DNA from: Opitutales bacterium
GTDB taxonomy: Bacteria; Verrucomicrobiota; Verrucomicrobiia; Opitutales; PNEW01
DNA length: 32,000 bases
Reading direction: 5' to 3'
NCBI GenBank assembly: GCA_965219535.1
Contig: CBDCNV010000002.1
Location: 450,001 to 482,000, forward strand
This document shows positions 17,311 through 26,527 of this stretch, one piece after another; within the stretch, counting starts at the first letter, position 1, and each line of letters begins with the position of its first letter. Position numbers and translations under genes: made by a program. The notes below the pieces were generated by a model. It did no database searches. It worked only from the letters and a program-made list of their open reading frames with translations, and was not told the DNA's origin.

Positions 17311-19851
17311 TTAATAGCCTTTCGTAAAGATGGTATCGGCTTTGGTTTTAATCCATTTAAGCTCATCTTGAGAAAGATTTTTTGCGGTTAGGACAATAAC
17401 GGGAATATTTGCATACTTTTCCTGCTCCCGAAAGTCTTTTAAAAATGTTAAGCCGTCCATTACGGGCATAATAAGATCCAGGAATATTACGTCTGGGGTA
17501 AATGTTTCCAGTGCATTCAAAGCATCACGACCGTTTGAAGAGGTGCGAATTTCATTTTTTCCTGCATCCAACCAGAATCTTATCATCTCTTGATATTCTT
17601 TACTGTCTTCAACAACCAAAATTTTTCTATTTTCAATTTGGTCCGAATTCAAAGAGCGCCGAATACATGCGAGGAAATCTGATTCACCAACCGGTTTGGT
17701 CAATGCATCGACGGCTCCTAAAGAGATCGCTTTGCTCTTATCCCTGTCGGCAACCATACTGATGATGATTACCGGTATATGCGATGTAATTGGATCTTTT
17801 TTCAAATCGGCCAACAGTTCCAATCCATTAATATGTGGCATCATGATATCCAGTGTAATGAGATCGGGCTTAAATTCTTTGACCAACGCAAAGAAATCTA
17901 ACGGATCTCCACACTCTCTGTATTCAGCACCCATTTCTATGATGTATTGACCGATAAACTCCCGAGCATCGGAATCATCATCTACTACTAATATCCGTTT
18001 CCCTGGAGTTATGGGGAGAAATTTCTTCAGAGCTGACTTGGAATCATCGATTAAGGATAAAGTTTCAACAACGTCCGCAGCCTCCCGGACCTTTTTATCA
18101 CCCGAATCTCCATTGCCTTCAGCAATAGTTTCTAGATCCGGCTCTGCCTCTTCAACAGGAACATCGACCGTATCCTCTTGTACTCCCTTAAAATCAATAC
18201 TAAATGTGCTACCTTTTCCATATTCACTTTTTATTATCAAATTTCCCCCTATTAGACGAACCATGTCACGAGATAATGTCAGCCCGAGACCGGTTCCCCC
18301 AAATTCTCTCGAGGTGCTACTGTCTGCTTGAGTGAATGGATCAAAAATAGATTCTAACATCTCTGGCATAATGCCAATGCCGGTGTCGATGATATCAATT
18401 CGTGCACTTTGAGTTTCCGCATCCAGTAAAATGCAGCGGAGAATGACCGATCCTTCGTTCGTGAATTTAACCGCGTTTCCAACGAGGTTGGTTAATATCT
18501 GTCTCAGTTTATACCCGTCAGTATTGATTGGGAGCGAAGTGTCTAAAATTTCACTCTTTAATATAATATTTTTAGCGGTGGCTTCATTTTGAAACATTTC
18601 AACAACATCGCGAATGATGGGAATCAGATCTGTATTCTCGATGAGCAGATCCATTCTCCCGGCGTCAATTTTTGCCAAATCAAGAATATCATTGATTAAC
18701 GATAAAAGATGTTTCCCATTATTATTTATCTTCTCTATCCGGTTGATATCCGCAGACAAGAGATTACCTGTACGGTTTTTCATCAAGATCCCTGAAAACC
18801 CGATAATGGAATTGAGGGGCGTGCGAAGTTCATGACTCATGTTGGCCACAAATTCACTTTTTTGTCGATGGGAGGACGCTAATTCTTCATTCGCATCCTC
18901 TAAGAGAACGGACTGCTTGTGAACTGCACGATAAGTGATTGCGTTGATAATTGAATTGGCGAGAACCTCCGTATGGTTAGAGAGGTGCTGGCGTGTTATC
19001 TTGTCCATCTTTGTCTGACTCGCGAGAATCACAACGCCGAGCAATTTTTTTCGGAAAATTAAGGGTATACCATAAATATTTCTGATATTAGCGTCGGTAG
19101 ATTCTAAGTTTATATCGGGTAAGGCCTCGAGATCTATACTATCGAGAATGATCCACTCACGCCTGCGTACGATTTCACCCGGGAATCCATCCATCGTCTC
19201 GAGCTCAGTAAAATGGCGGAGGAATGAACGGTCTTCACTTTTGCGTATCAAAGGAATGAGTGTGTCTTTCTGTTCCTCATAAAGGTAAAAAATGCCAACC
19301 TGCCCACTGGATATCCACATCAGGTAGTCGATGGCTGAAGAAGCAATGGTGTTAATCTCAATGGATGCAATTTTCGAAAGAAACTCTCCGAACATTTCCT
19401 GTCTCGCGACCGAGAGAGAAAGTTCCTGGTTCTGATCTTCCATCTTCTTTCTCGACCCTTCCAGTTGTTGATATGATTCTTCGAGCTCATTAATCGAGGT
19501 GGAGATTTTTTCAGCCATCTGATTAACAGCGGATGCGAGCCGTCCCAGGGCATCGTTACTGTTGTCCTCGGAACGCGCCTCATAATTGCCCTGACCGATA
19601 GCATCTGAAATGATCGAAAGTTTATTGAGACGGGAAGTGGTGCGCCTGAATTGGTTTAGAATGAGAACCAAGGCAATGATGATAGCCCCCACCATTAAAA
19701 CTCGAGGGTCAATACTTTCTGAAGCAAAAAAGGTAGGGTAGTATACAATGACCAATAATGAGAATAAAAGGATGACTAAACAAAAGCTGCCAATTGCAGA
19801 ATAATGCCGTGGCTTTTTCGACGTCATTCCTGATTGTTCTCTCATGCTCAT
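17311..19851 (-). CDS. Hybrid sensor histidine kinase with HAMP, GAF-like region, HisKA/HATPase and two receiver domains
   Basis: - **Kinase core:** H-box SHELRTPLNSIIGF, N-box LTNLVGNAVKFT, DTGIGI, GGTGLGL.
- **Receivers:** ILVVDDD...DLITLDIMMP and ILVVEDS...DVIFLDLIMP...LTAK.
- **N-terminus:** two TM segments followed by a HAMP domain.
- **Start:** the ORF-track start at 19863 is TTG, and I prefer the ATG at 19851. Confidence 0.9.
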   Translation of the reverse strand: MSMREQSGMTSKKPRHYSAIGSFCLVILLFSLLVIVYYPTFFASESIDPRVLMVGAIIIALVLILNQFRRTTSRLNKLSIISDAIGQGNYEARSEDNSNDALGRLASAVNQMAEKISTSINELEESYQQLEGSRKKMEDQNQELSLSVARQEMFGEFLSKIASIEINTIASSAIDYLMWISSGQVGIFYLYEEQKDTLIPLIRKSEDRSFLRHFTELETMDGFPGEIVRRREWIILDSIDLEALPDINLESTDANIRNIYGIPLIFRKKLLGVVILASQTKMDKITRQHLSNHTEVLANSIINAITYRAVHKQSVLLEDANEELASSHRQKSEFVANMSHELRTPLNSIIGFSGILMKNRTGNLLSADINRIEKINNNGKHLLSLINDILDLAKIDAGRMDLLIENTDLIPIIRDVVEMFQNEATAKNIILKSEILDTSLPINTDGYKLRQILTNLVGNAVKFTNEGSVILRCILLDAETQSARIDIIDTGIGIMPEMLESIFDPFTQADSSTSREFGGTGLGLTLSRDMVRLIGGNLIIKSEYGKGSTFSIDFKGVQEDTVDVPVEEAEPDLETIAEGNGDSGDKKVREAADVVETLSLIDDSKSALKKFLPITPGKRILVVDDDSDAREFIGQYIIEMGAEYRECGDPLDFFALVKEFKPDLITLDIMMPHINGLELLADLKKDPITSHIPVIIISMVADRDKSKAISLGAVDALTKPVGESDFLACIRRSLNSDQIENRKILVVEDSKEYQEMIRFWLDAGKNEIRTSSNGRDALNALETFTPDVIFLDLIMPVMDGLTFLKDFREQEKYANIPVIVLTAKNLSQDELKWIKTKADTIFTKGY

Positions 19852-19864
19852 AGTAAAGCTCAAG

Positions 19865-19879
19865 CCCCCCCACGGGGGG
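19865..19879. other. C6-CAC-G6 hairpin between the phosphoesterase stop and the kinase start
   Basis: cccccc cac gggggg is read directly. It sits 14 nt upstream of the preferred kinase ATG on the minus strand. Confidence 0.25.
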
Positions 19880-19963
19880 TTAAAGTGAACTTAATAAGGC
19901 ATCATTTTATAGGCCTGAAATCAAGAATATAAGGTGAAAACGACGATTATAACCTTAAATACT

Positions 19964-20917
19964 TCAGGGGCGATTTAATGCTATATTCCATTTTCTGTCG
20001 TTGGGCTGTCCCGCAACCCATTGATTATTCCATTCGGAAATAAAAGAGTCATTTTTAAACTGTGTATCATTTAATCCAATCGTAGATAGATTTAACAGAT
20101 CGTGATCTTTTTCCAGCAGTCGGAATTCAAAAGGGTATTCCATGAGAGAACCGGTCTGACAATGAAGAACACCCTGGTAAGAATGGAGTGAAGCTATGTG
20201 CCAGTGTCCGGCAAATAGCGCGACGACATTTGTGTGTTGCGCAATCAGATCTCGCAGTGATTCATGCTTCACACCATATGTGGCGAAGTGATGATAAGGG
20301 CAGGGATGCATTTTAACCGGTTTGCCTCTTTGGAGGGTACTTAATGGATAAGTTGGTTTAGAATGTATTGGCGCGTGAGTGATAATGATCGTCAGGATGT
20401 CTTGGTTCTGAGCGAGCTCCTGTTTTAGCCAATCGAGTCCTTCCCGGGTTGGACCTATACCCAGATAACGCTCAGCCCTGTCGATTTCCGCATCAAGGTA
20501 TTCAGTTTCTAATCCGTCCTGTGTTATCCAGTTCGCGCCGTCGAGGAAAACAAAACGAAGGCCAGCCATTTCCCGAGCATAAAAAAAATTTCCCTTTTCA
20601 TTTTCAACAATGGAAGCGATGGATTTTCGTATTCCTTTATGTTCTGCATCGTGGTTTCCAAGAATGATATTATAAGGGCTCGACATACGATCCATGATAT
20701 CCACACCAAATTGAAAACTTTCAAGATCGCCAAAATGGGTAAAGTCACCGCAATGAATGATAAAATCGGGAGACAGTTTCTTAACCGTAGAAATGAGAGC
20801 TTCACTGATTTCGGCTGACCGCGATACGAGTGTTCGATTCCACCACTGTCCATCTACTCCTCTTCCCGGAGGCGCAAAATGGGTGTCAGTCAAAATGATA
20901 AACCGGGTGTCCATCAC
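19964..20917 (-). CDS. Calcineurin-like metallophosphoesterase
   Basis: 317 aa. The motifs ILTDTHF, HCGDFTHFGD, ILGNHD, ITHAPIH and FAGHWH are present. Confidence 0.8.
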   Translation of the reverse strand: MMDTRFIILTDTHFAPPGRGVDGQWWNRTLVSRSAEISEALISTVKKLSPDFIIHCGDFTHFGDLESFQFGVDIMDRMSSPYNIILGNHDAEHKGIRKSIASIVENEKGNFFYAREMAGLRFVFLDGANWITQDGLETEYLDAEIDRAERYLGIGPTREGLDWLKQELAQNQDILTIIITHAPIHSKPTYPLSTLQRGKPVKMHPCPYHHFATYGVKHESLRDLIAQHTNVVALFAGHWHIASLHSYQGVLHCQTGSLMEYPFEFRLLEKDHDLLNLSTIGLNDTQFKNDSFISEWNNQWVAGQPNDRKWNIALNRP

Positions 20918-20982
20918 GCGATGAGCAAGACCAATAGCATAGTAAAATTAATAAATGGTATCAGGATAATAGGGATTCGGAA

Positions 20983-22716
20983 TTACTCATCCTCAATAAT
21001 CGTTTCTCCCGCCGACCATAAGGTTAACCCGAAATGTTTTTTCTTTTCGGGCTTACGACAGAAAAACAACAAACCAAATGCTATAAGATAAAAGGCAAAC
21101 ATACCGGGAAAGCCAACCCACTGGAAGCTGAGCACTCCCCCATCGGTATAGTTACCATAGTAGTACCAGATACCAGTGCTGAATGAAAATGCCAAAGCAA
21201 ATAATGCTGATAATAAAGCTCCAAAGGATTGAGCTCTACCACGGATTTTGCATAGGGCGGTAACGAAAAATAGAAACCCAGCAAGCCCCAGGGGAATTAA
21301 AACGTAATTAATGGGTATCGCGCCCACCAGGCCATTTTTTGATGAAACATACCAGGCAATCATTCCCGTTATTACCCCCCAACTAACCGATAATCCATAT
21401 CCGACGACGCGACTGTTCACTTTGTGAGACAGTACAGTAATAAGAAAGACAGGTCCCAGAACAATGCCGAAGGCATTCCAAATCGCGCCGGCTTCAACCA
21501 CGGTTTCTCTCAGTTTAGATGCAGTCCCGGCAATCGTTAAAGAAATGACAATCGCGAATATACCAATCGCAAGCGTTAAGATGCGTGCCATCGCATATTG
21601 CCTGCCTTCGGTCGCCGAGGGGTTAATGTATTTTACATAAACATCTTTAAGTAAAACTGCTGAAAGGCTGTTCATTCCTGAGTCCAGGGTCGACATCGAA
21701 GCAGCCAACATGGCGGCGAGAATTAAGCCCGGTAGCGGGGCGGGCATATTAGAAGCAATATAGGTATAAAGCGCGGCATCACCCGAGGTAATGTTGGGAT
21801 CGGGATACAGCCCATAGTAGGTATAAATAGCAAACCCCATGAGCCAGAGCATTAGAACCATTGGAACAAGAAGCACGGAATTGGTGTAGGCGGCGTACTT
21901 GGCTTTCTCATAGGTGCCCGCGCTCAGCAAGCGCTGGATCGTGATCTGGTCTGCACAGGTTAGAAATATACTGTTCGAGAATTCGTTAACTATTATAAAC
22001 CAGAAACATAAGCGCACGTAGGGATCAAAGCGGTAAAATTCCGGGTTGGCGTAGTGGACCGGACCTCGGCCATGATCTAATGAATAAGTAAGTATCCCGA
22101 TTAAACCACCATCTACATTGACCGAAATAGAAAAAATGATTAACAACATGCCACCAAAGAGAACGACAAACTGAATTACATCGGTCCAGATAACCGCGCG
22201 CATACCACCGAGATAGGTGTAAAAAATACCGATCATCCCGATGACCGGGATGGTAATCGTTACCGGCCACCCTACGGCGCTCTCGAAAATTTTAGACGAG
22301 GCATAGAGAACCATCGATATGTAGGCGAGGCGAATCCAGAAATAAAGCATGCTGATTGTAATACGGACGCGTGAATTATAACGACGCTCAAGGTATTCGA
22401 AAGGGGTGAACACCTTGAGCTTAAAATAGAACCGCACACAGAGAAAAAAACCAATGAGCGAGGTGATGGGCAGGAGCATTTGTGTAAAAAACAATGTCAA
22501 TCCATGGTTATAAATTTCACCCGGAATCATTACCATTGAGATGGTGCTCAAGACGGAAATTTTATAGGAGATACCAACCGCCCACCATGGCATCGTCCGT
22601 CCTCCCAGCAGGTATTCCTCGCTCGTTTTATCCTGGCGCGAAAACCAAAAGCCCATCGCCACCATAGCCCCCATGTATACGACAATGGTCAGGTAATTAA
22701 TCGCCCCGAAGTTCAT
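20983..22716 (-). CDS. Sodium:solute symporter (SSS/SLC5) family transporter, paralogue 1
   Basis: 577 aa and polytopic. It has EEYLLGGRTMPWWAVGIS, IWTDVIQF, AAMLAASMSTLDSGMNS, and an extra C-terminal hydrophobic extension. Confidence 0.9.
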   Translation of the reverse strand: MNFGAINYLTIVVYMGAMVAMGFWFSRQDKTSEEYLLGGRTMPWWAVGISYKISVLSTISMVMIPGEIYNHGLTLFFTQMLLPITSLIGFFLCVRFYFKLKVFTPFEYLERRYNSRVRITISMLYFWIRLAYISMVLYASSKIFESAVGWPVTITIPVIGMIGIFYTYLGGMRAVIWTDVIQFVVLFGGMLLIIFSISVNVDGGLIGILTYSLDHGRGPVHYANPEFYRFDPYVRLCFWFIIVNEFSNSIFLTCADQITIQRLLSAGTYEKAKYAAYTNSVLLVPMVLMLWLMGFAIYTYYGLYPDPNITSGDAALYTYIASNMPAPLPGLILAAMLAASMSTLDSGMNSLSAVLLKDVYVKYINPSATEGRQYAMARILTLAIGIFAIVISLTIAGTASKLRETVVEAGAIWNAFGIVLGPVFLITVLSHKVNSRVVGYGLSVSWGVITGMIAWYVSSKNGLVGAIPINYVLIPLGLAGFLFFVTALCKIRGRAQSFGALLSALFALAFSFSTGIWYYYGNYTDGGVLSFQWVGFPGMFAFYLIAFGLLFFCRKPEKKKHFGLTLWSAGETIIEDE

Positions 22717-22812
22717 CTCGTGTCTTGTTTAATGTTTATAAAGGATTATTATCAGATTGTGATCGTAACCGCTGAGGCGCGTTTCAATTGCCGATTGTCG
22801 ATCGTCGATTGA

Positions 22813-22839
22813 GGCGGACGCGACGGAGCGCGTCCCTCC
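22813..22839 (-). repeat. GGAGGG-hairpin element, inverted copy (stem GGACGCG/CGCGTCC, loop ACGGAG)
   Basis: The reverse complement is GGAGGGACGCGCTCCGTCGCGTCCGCC. It lies 12 nt from the copy at 22852. Confidence 0.7.
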
Positions 22840-22851
22840 AAAAGATAAAAT

Positions 22852-22875
22852 GGAGGGCCACGCTCCGTCGTGGCC
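22852..22875 (+). repeat. GGAGGG-hairpin element (GGAGGGCCACGCTCCGTCGTGGCC)
   Basis: A 7-bp stem GGCCACG/CGTGGCC with loop CTCCGT. It is identical over 24 nt to 24825-24848 and lies 136 nt upstream of the symporter-1 start. Confidence 0.75.
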
Positions 22876-22968
22876 GAGTATTGTTGTATTGTCAATGCGA
22901 GGGAGCACGTGATTCAAACTACATGTTTTTTTTACCACTAGGTTCAATCGAAAATCCGCAATTCATAA

Positions 22969-24702
22969 TTATACCTCCCCCTCCCCCATTGACCAAAGGG
23001 TCAGTCCCTCATGTTTTTCTTTTGCCGGCGCTTTGAAGAATAACATGGAGGCATAACCGACAATCAGAAACGCGATCATTCCGGGAAAGGTAACCCACTG
23101 AAAACTCAATTCACCACCCTCCGTATAGCGACCACAATAATACCAAAGGCCCGTGCTCAGTGAATAGGCTAAAGCACATACGGCGATCACTACGGCACGA
23201 AAAGCGTGCTTTCTCCCACTAACTTTAAGCGCGAAAGCAAGGACAAAAGATAGAGCAGCTACGCTAAGGGGTATCAGAATCCAGTTAAAGGATATGGCTC
23301 CAATCCATCCACTCTGTGATTTTAAATACCAGGAAATCATTCCCGAATTGACCCCGATACCGGTAAATAATCCAAGCCAGATGCCAATGCTGGTAATCTT
23401 TTGTGAAGTCACGGTAATGAAAAAAGCGGGTGCCAGCAAAACACTGAATGAACCCCAAATCGCGAATGCTTCAGCCACCGTTTCTCCCAGATTCGATGCG
23501 ACTGCTGCGATCGATAAGGCCACGACAATGGCGAAAGCCCCAATCGCAATGGTTAGTATTCGGGCTAACGCCACCTGCTTTTCTTCTGACGCCGAAGGAT
23601 TAAGATATTTAAGGTAGAAATCCTTGATCACTACCGTTGACAGGCTGTTCATGCCAGAGTCCAGGGTGGACATCGAGGCAGCCAGCATCGCGGCCAGCAT
23701 TAATCCCGGCAAAGGGGTTGGCATTTTCGTGGCAATAAACGTGAAAAATGCTCCATCTCCCGAGATCACGCGGGGATCCGCGTTTTGCGCGTAATAGGTA
23801 AAGATAGATAAGCCCACTAACCAGAGCATAAGCGTTAGGGGAATCTCCAGGAGTGAGTTCATGTATGCTGCCTTCTTCGCTTCTTTATAGGTGCCCGTGC
23901 TCAGCAGTCGTTGAATCGTGATCTGATCCACACAGGGGTAGAAAATTGAGTCTATAAGAACACTGATTAACATAAACCAGAAACACAGTCGCACATAGGG
24001 ATCAAAGCGGTAAAAATCCGCTTCGGTGAAACGCTCCGGACCGCGGCCATGCTCAAAGGAATAGGTCAGCACCCCCATAATGCCCCCGTCCACATTCGCG
24101 ATGCAGATAATAATCGCTAACGAAAGTCCACCAAAGAGAGCAAAGAACTGGAGCACATCGGTCCAGATGACGGCGCGAAGACCCCCAAGAACGGTGTAAA
24201 CAATACCGACAATTGCGACCACGGGTATGGTAACCCACACCGACCAACCCGCCGCGCTCTCGAAGACTTTTGCCGAAGCGAAAAGGACCATCGAGATGTA
24301 AGCGATCCGTATCCAGAAATAAATCAGACTTACGACGAGGCGGACACGAGCATCGTAGCGACGCTCGAGGTATTCGAAGGGGGTGAAAGATTTAAGCTTG
24401 AAATAGAATCGCACACAGAGGAAAAACCCGAGCAAAACAGTGAAGGGGAATATCAAACTCGTCATCCATAAGGATAAACCGTTGTTGTAGATTTCGCCGG
24501 GCACCATCACCATCGATATGGTGCTCGTAATCGACATGTAATAGGAGATGCCGACCGCCCACCAGGGGATTCTCCGTCCCCCGAGAAGGTATTCTTCACT
24601 TGTATTATCCCGGCGTGAAAACCAGTAGCCCATCCCCACTATCGCCGCCATGTAGATGATGATCGTCAGGTAATTGATCGGCCCCAGGCTTATTTCACTC
24701 AT
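22969..24702 (-). CDS. Sodium:solute symporter (SSS/SLC5) family transporter, paralogue 2
   Basis: 577 aa. It is colinear with paralogue 1 along its whole length, with the same signature blocks. It has the same length and, by eye, more than half the residues are identical. Confidence 0.9.
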   Translation of the reverse strand: MSEISLGPINYLTIIIYMAAIVGMGYWFSRRDNTSEEYLLGGRRIPWWAVGISYYMSITSTISMVMVPGEIYNNGLSLWMTSLIFPFTVLLGFFLCVRFYFKLKSFTPFEYLERRYDARVRLVVSLIYFWIRIAYISMVLFASAKVFESAAGWSVWVTIPVVAIVGIVYTVLGGLRAVIWTDVLQFFALFGGLSLAIIICIANVDGGIMGVLTYSFEHGRGPERFTEADFYRFDPYVRLCFWFMLISVLIDSIFYPCVDQITIQRLLSTGTYKEAKKAAYMNSLLEIPLTLMLWLVGLSIFTYYAQNADPRVISGDGAFFTFIATKMPTPLPGLMLAAMLAASMSTLDSGMNSLSTVVIKDFYLKYLNPSASEEKQVALARILTIAIGAFAIVVALSIAAVASNLGETVAEAFAIWGSFSVLLAPAFFITVTSQKITSIGIWLGLFTGIGVNSGMISWYLKSQSGWIGAISFNWILIPLSVAALSFVLAFALKVSGRKHAFRAVVIAVCALAYSLSTGLWYYCGRYTEGGELSFQWVTFPGMIAFLIVGYASMLFFKAPAKEKHEGLTLWSMGEGEV

Positions 24703-24824
24703 TGGTAGATCTCAGATATATTACTAATTATTTTCTAACCGGTGTGGTGGACAATAGGCTCTGATCTTTCCGGATGAAAGGTTTTTCTCTCAATTGCCAT
24801 GGTATCAGTGAGGGAGCGATGTCT

Positions 24825-24848
24825 GGAGGGCCACGCTCCGTCGTGGCC
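24825..24848 (+). repeat. GGAGGG-hairpin element (GGAGGGCCACGCTCCGTCGTGGCC) followed by GTTTTATT
   Basis: Identical to 22852-22875. It lies 123 nt upstream of the symporter-2 start. Confidence 0.75.
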
Positions 24849-24947
24849 GTTTTATTAACATTGAATAATTAAAACGAAATAAAGAGACGATTCCGCATTG
24901 GAAAGACCTGAGTGTTGACTGGCATCTTTAAGCACAATGATTATTTG

Positions 24948-24998
24948 CCTGGATTGCTTCGTCTCCCGCGGTTGCGGGATCCTCGCAATGACAATAGG
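24948..24998 (-). repeat. Short copy of the CATTGCGAGG...GAAGCAATCC element
   Basis: CCTGGATTGCTTCGTCTCCCGCGGTTGCGGGATCCTCGCAATGACAATAGG aligns with 10098-10183, minus an internal 34-nt segment. It has an internal stem TCCCGC-GGTT-GCGGGA. Confidence 0.7.
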
Positions 24999-25054
24999 AG
25001 GTATGCGTAGACGCGATGAAGCGGATATACGGAAATTGATAAAAATTTCCTACA

Positions 25055-26430
25055 TGGTATAGGTTCAAGACATTCTTTACACAAAAGGTTCAGGACATCC
25101 TTTACAGATTGCCAAAGAAAGAAGGATGCTAAGTAAGGGGTATGATGTCATGGAAGGAAACAAATAAAATGGACCAAAGATACCAATTCGCCCTGGAATC
25201 GATGCAACCGGGAGTAAAGATGAACGAGCTGTGTGAAGACTACGGGATCAGCCGACCGACAGGGTATAAATGGAAGAAGCGCTTCCTGAGCGAAGGGATG
25301 GAGGGGTTGCACGAGCGCTCACGCCGACCGCATGGAAGTGTTCAGGAACTATCCGAATCAGTAGTATGTACGCTGATCAAACTCAAGCATCATCACCCGA
25401 CGTGGGGCCCCTACAAGATCCGCGAGCTTTACCAGAGGCGTTACGGGAAGGCCCCCTCAGACTCGAGCGTGAAACGGGTCTTGGAACGTGCGGGACTGGT
25501 GCAAAAGCGTCGGCGCAGAAGCGCTCAAAAAAGCGGACGCCTTTACCGCAGCGTCAAGGCCAGTGGCTGTAACGAAGTGTGGAGCGTAGACTTCAAAGGG
25601 TGGTGGCACACCGTTGATGGCAACCGTTGTGAACCTTTGACGGTACGGGATGAATGGAGCCGCTATGTATTAGAGGTGCGGGTGCTCAGTTCAGCCCGTA
25701 GCGAAGCGGTGCGTGAATGCTTCACAAAACTCTTTGAACGCTATGGACTTCCCGCTTGCATCCGCAGCGACAACGGCAGTCCCTTTGCCAGTGCCAATGC
25801 GGTCCTGGGCCTGAGCAAACTGGCGGCCTGGTGGCTGGCCTTAGGGATCAATCTCGAGCGTGGACGTCCGGGTAAACCCCAGGATAACGGTGCCCATGAG
25901 CGTCTCCATCGCGATATCAAAGAGGAGTTGCAAAAACATGCCCAGGACGATCTTCGCACCCAACAGGTGGCCTTCGATCTGTGGCGCAAGACCTTCAATG
26001 AAGAACGCCCCCATGCGGCTCTTGCCATGAGCACGCCCTCTGAAATCTATCAGCACAGCTCTCATCCTTACGGTGGCACTCCTGCCGATATCAGCTATGA
26101 TTTGATGACTCGCCGGGTCTCAAAAAGCGGGTCTATCAAACTCGATGGCTTCCAGATTCCTATCTCCACCGCCCTCGCCGGTTGGAGCGTTGGACTAAAA
26201 CCACTAGACACGGTACACTTCGATGTTTACTTTGCCACTCTCAGAATCGGTCAGATTGACCTTTCAACGGCTGCTTTCATTGGGGCCGCTTGCGGCCCCA
26301 ACAATGCCAGCCAAACCTCTAAAACCGCATAACATTAACTTAACTATATAACCCGATTACCGTTCAGCATCCCTCACAAAGTGTAAACCATGTCTTGATC
26401 TAAATCTGTAAACCATGTCCTGGTTGTACC
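25055..26430 (+). mobile_element. IS481-family insertion sequence (boundaries approximate)
   Basis: It carries a single DDE transposase ORF. The ends are TGGTATAGGTTCAAGACAT and, on the right (reverse complement), TGGTACAACCAGGACAT. Each end carries two 17-nt subrepeats CA(A/G)GACAT-NN-TTTACA(C/G): 25066-25082, 25091-25107, 26381-26397, 26407-26423. Confidence 0.7.
25142..26332 (+). CDS. IS481-family DDE transposase (HTH + rve integrase core)
   Basis: 396 aa. It has an N-terminal HTH (LCEDYGISRPTGYKWKKRF) and the DDE triad contexts WSVDFKG, IRSDNGSPF and KPQDNGAHERLHRDIK. Confidence 0.9.
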   Translation: MMSWKETNKMDQRYQFALESMQPGVKMNELCEDYGISRPTGYKWKKRFLSEGMEGLHERSRRPHGSVQELSESVVCTLIKLKHHHPTWGPYKIRELYQRRYGKAPSDSSVKRVLERAGLVQKRRRRSAQKSGRLYRSVKASGCNEVWSVDFKGWWHTVDGNRCEPLTVRDEWSRYVLEVRVLSSARSEAVRECFTKLFERYGLPACIRSDNGSPFASANAVLGLSKLAAWWLALGINLERGRPGKPQDNGAHERLHRDIKEELQKHAQDDLRTQQVAFDLWRKTFNEERPHAALAMSTPSEIYQHSSHPYGGTPADISYDLMTRRVSKSGSIKLDGFQIPISTALAGWSVGLKPLDTVHFDVYFATLRIGQIDLSTAAFIGAACGPNNASQTSKTA

Positions 26431-26441
26431 ACATCATGCAT

Positions 26442-26469
26442 CAATCCGCAATCCGCAATCCGCATTCCG
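26442..26469 (+). repeat. Tandem heptamers CAATCCG x3 plus CATTCCG
   Basis: Read directly. It lies between the right end of the IS481 and the aldo-keto reductase stop. A further CCAATCCGCATTCG lies at 26496-26509. Confidence 0.8.
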
Positions 26470-26527
26470 TCCCGAGGGCGAAGCCCGAAATTTTCCAATC
26501 CGCATTCGAACTGATCTCAGCGACTGA

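Noticed and set aside
22729-23036. 72-aa (minus) and 82-aa (plus) ORFs between the two symporters
   Set aside because: They overlap each other and the symporter-2 3' end. Their sequences (GHDGAWPS, GGTRSVASAS, RRTRRSASLQ) are translations of the GGAGGG-hairpin elements.
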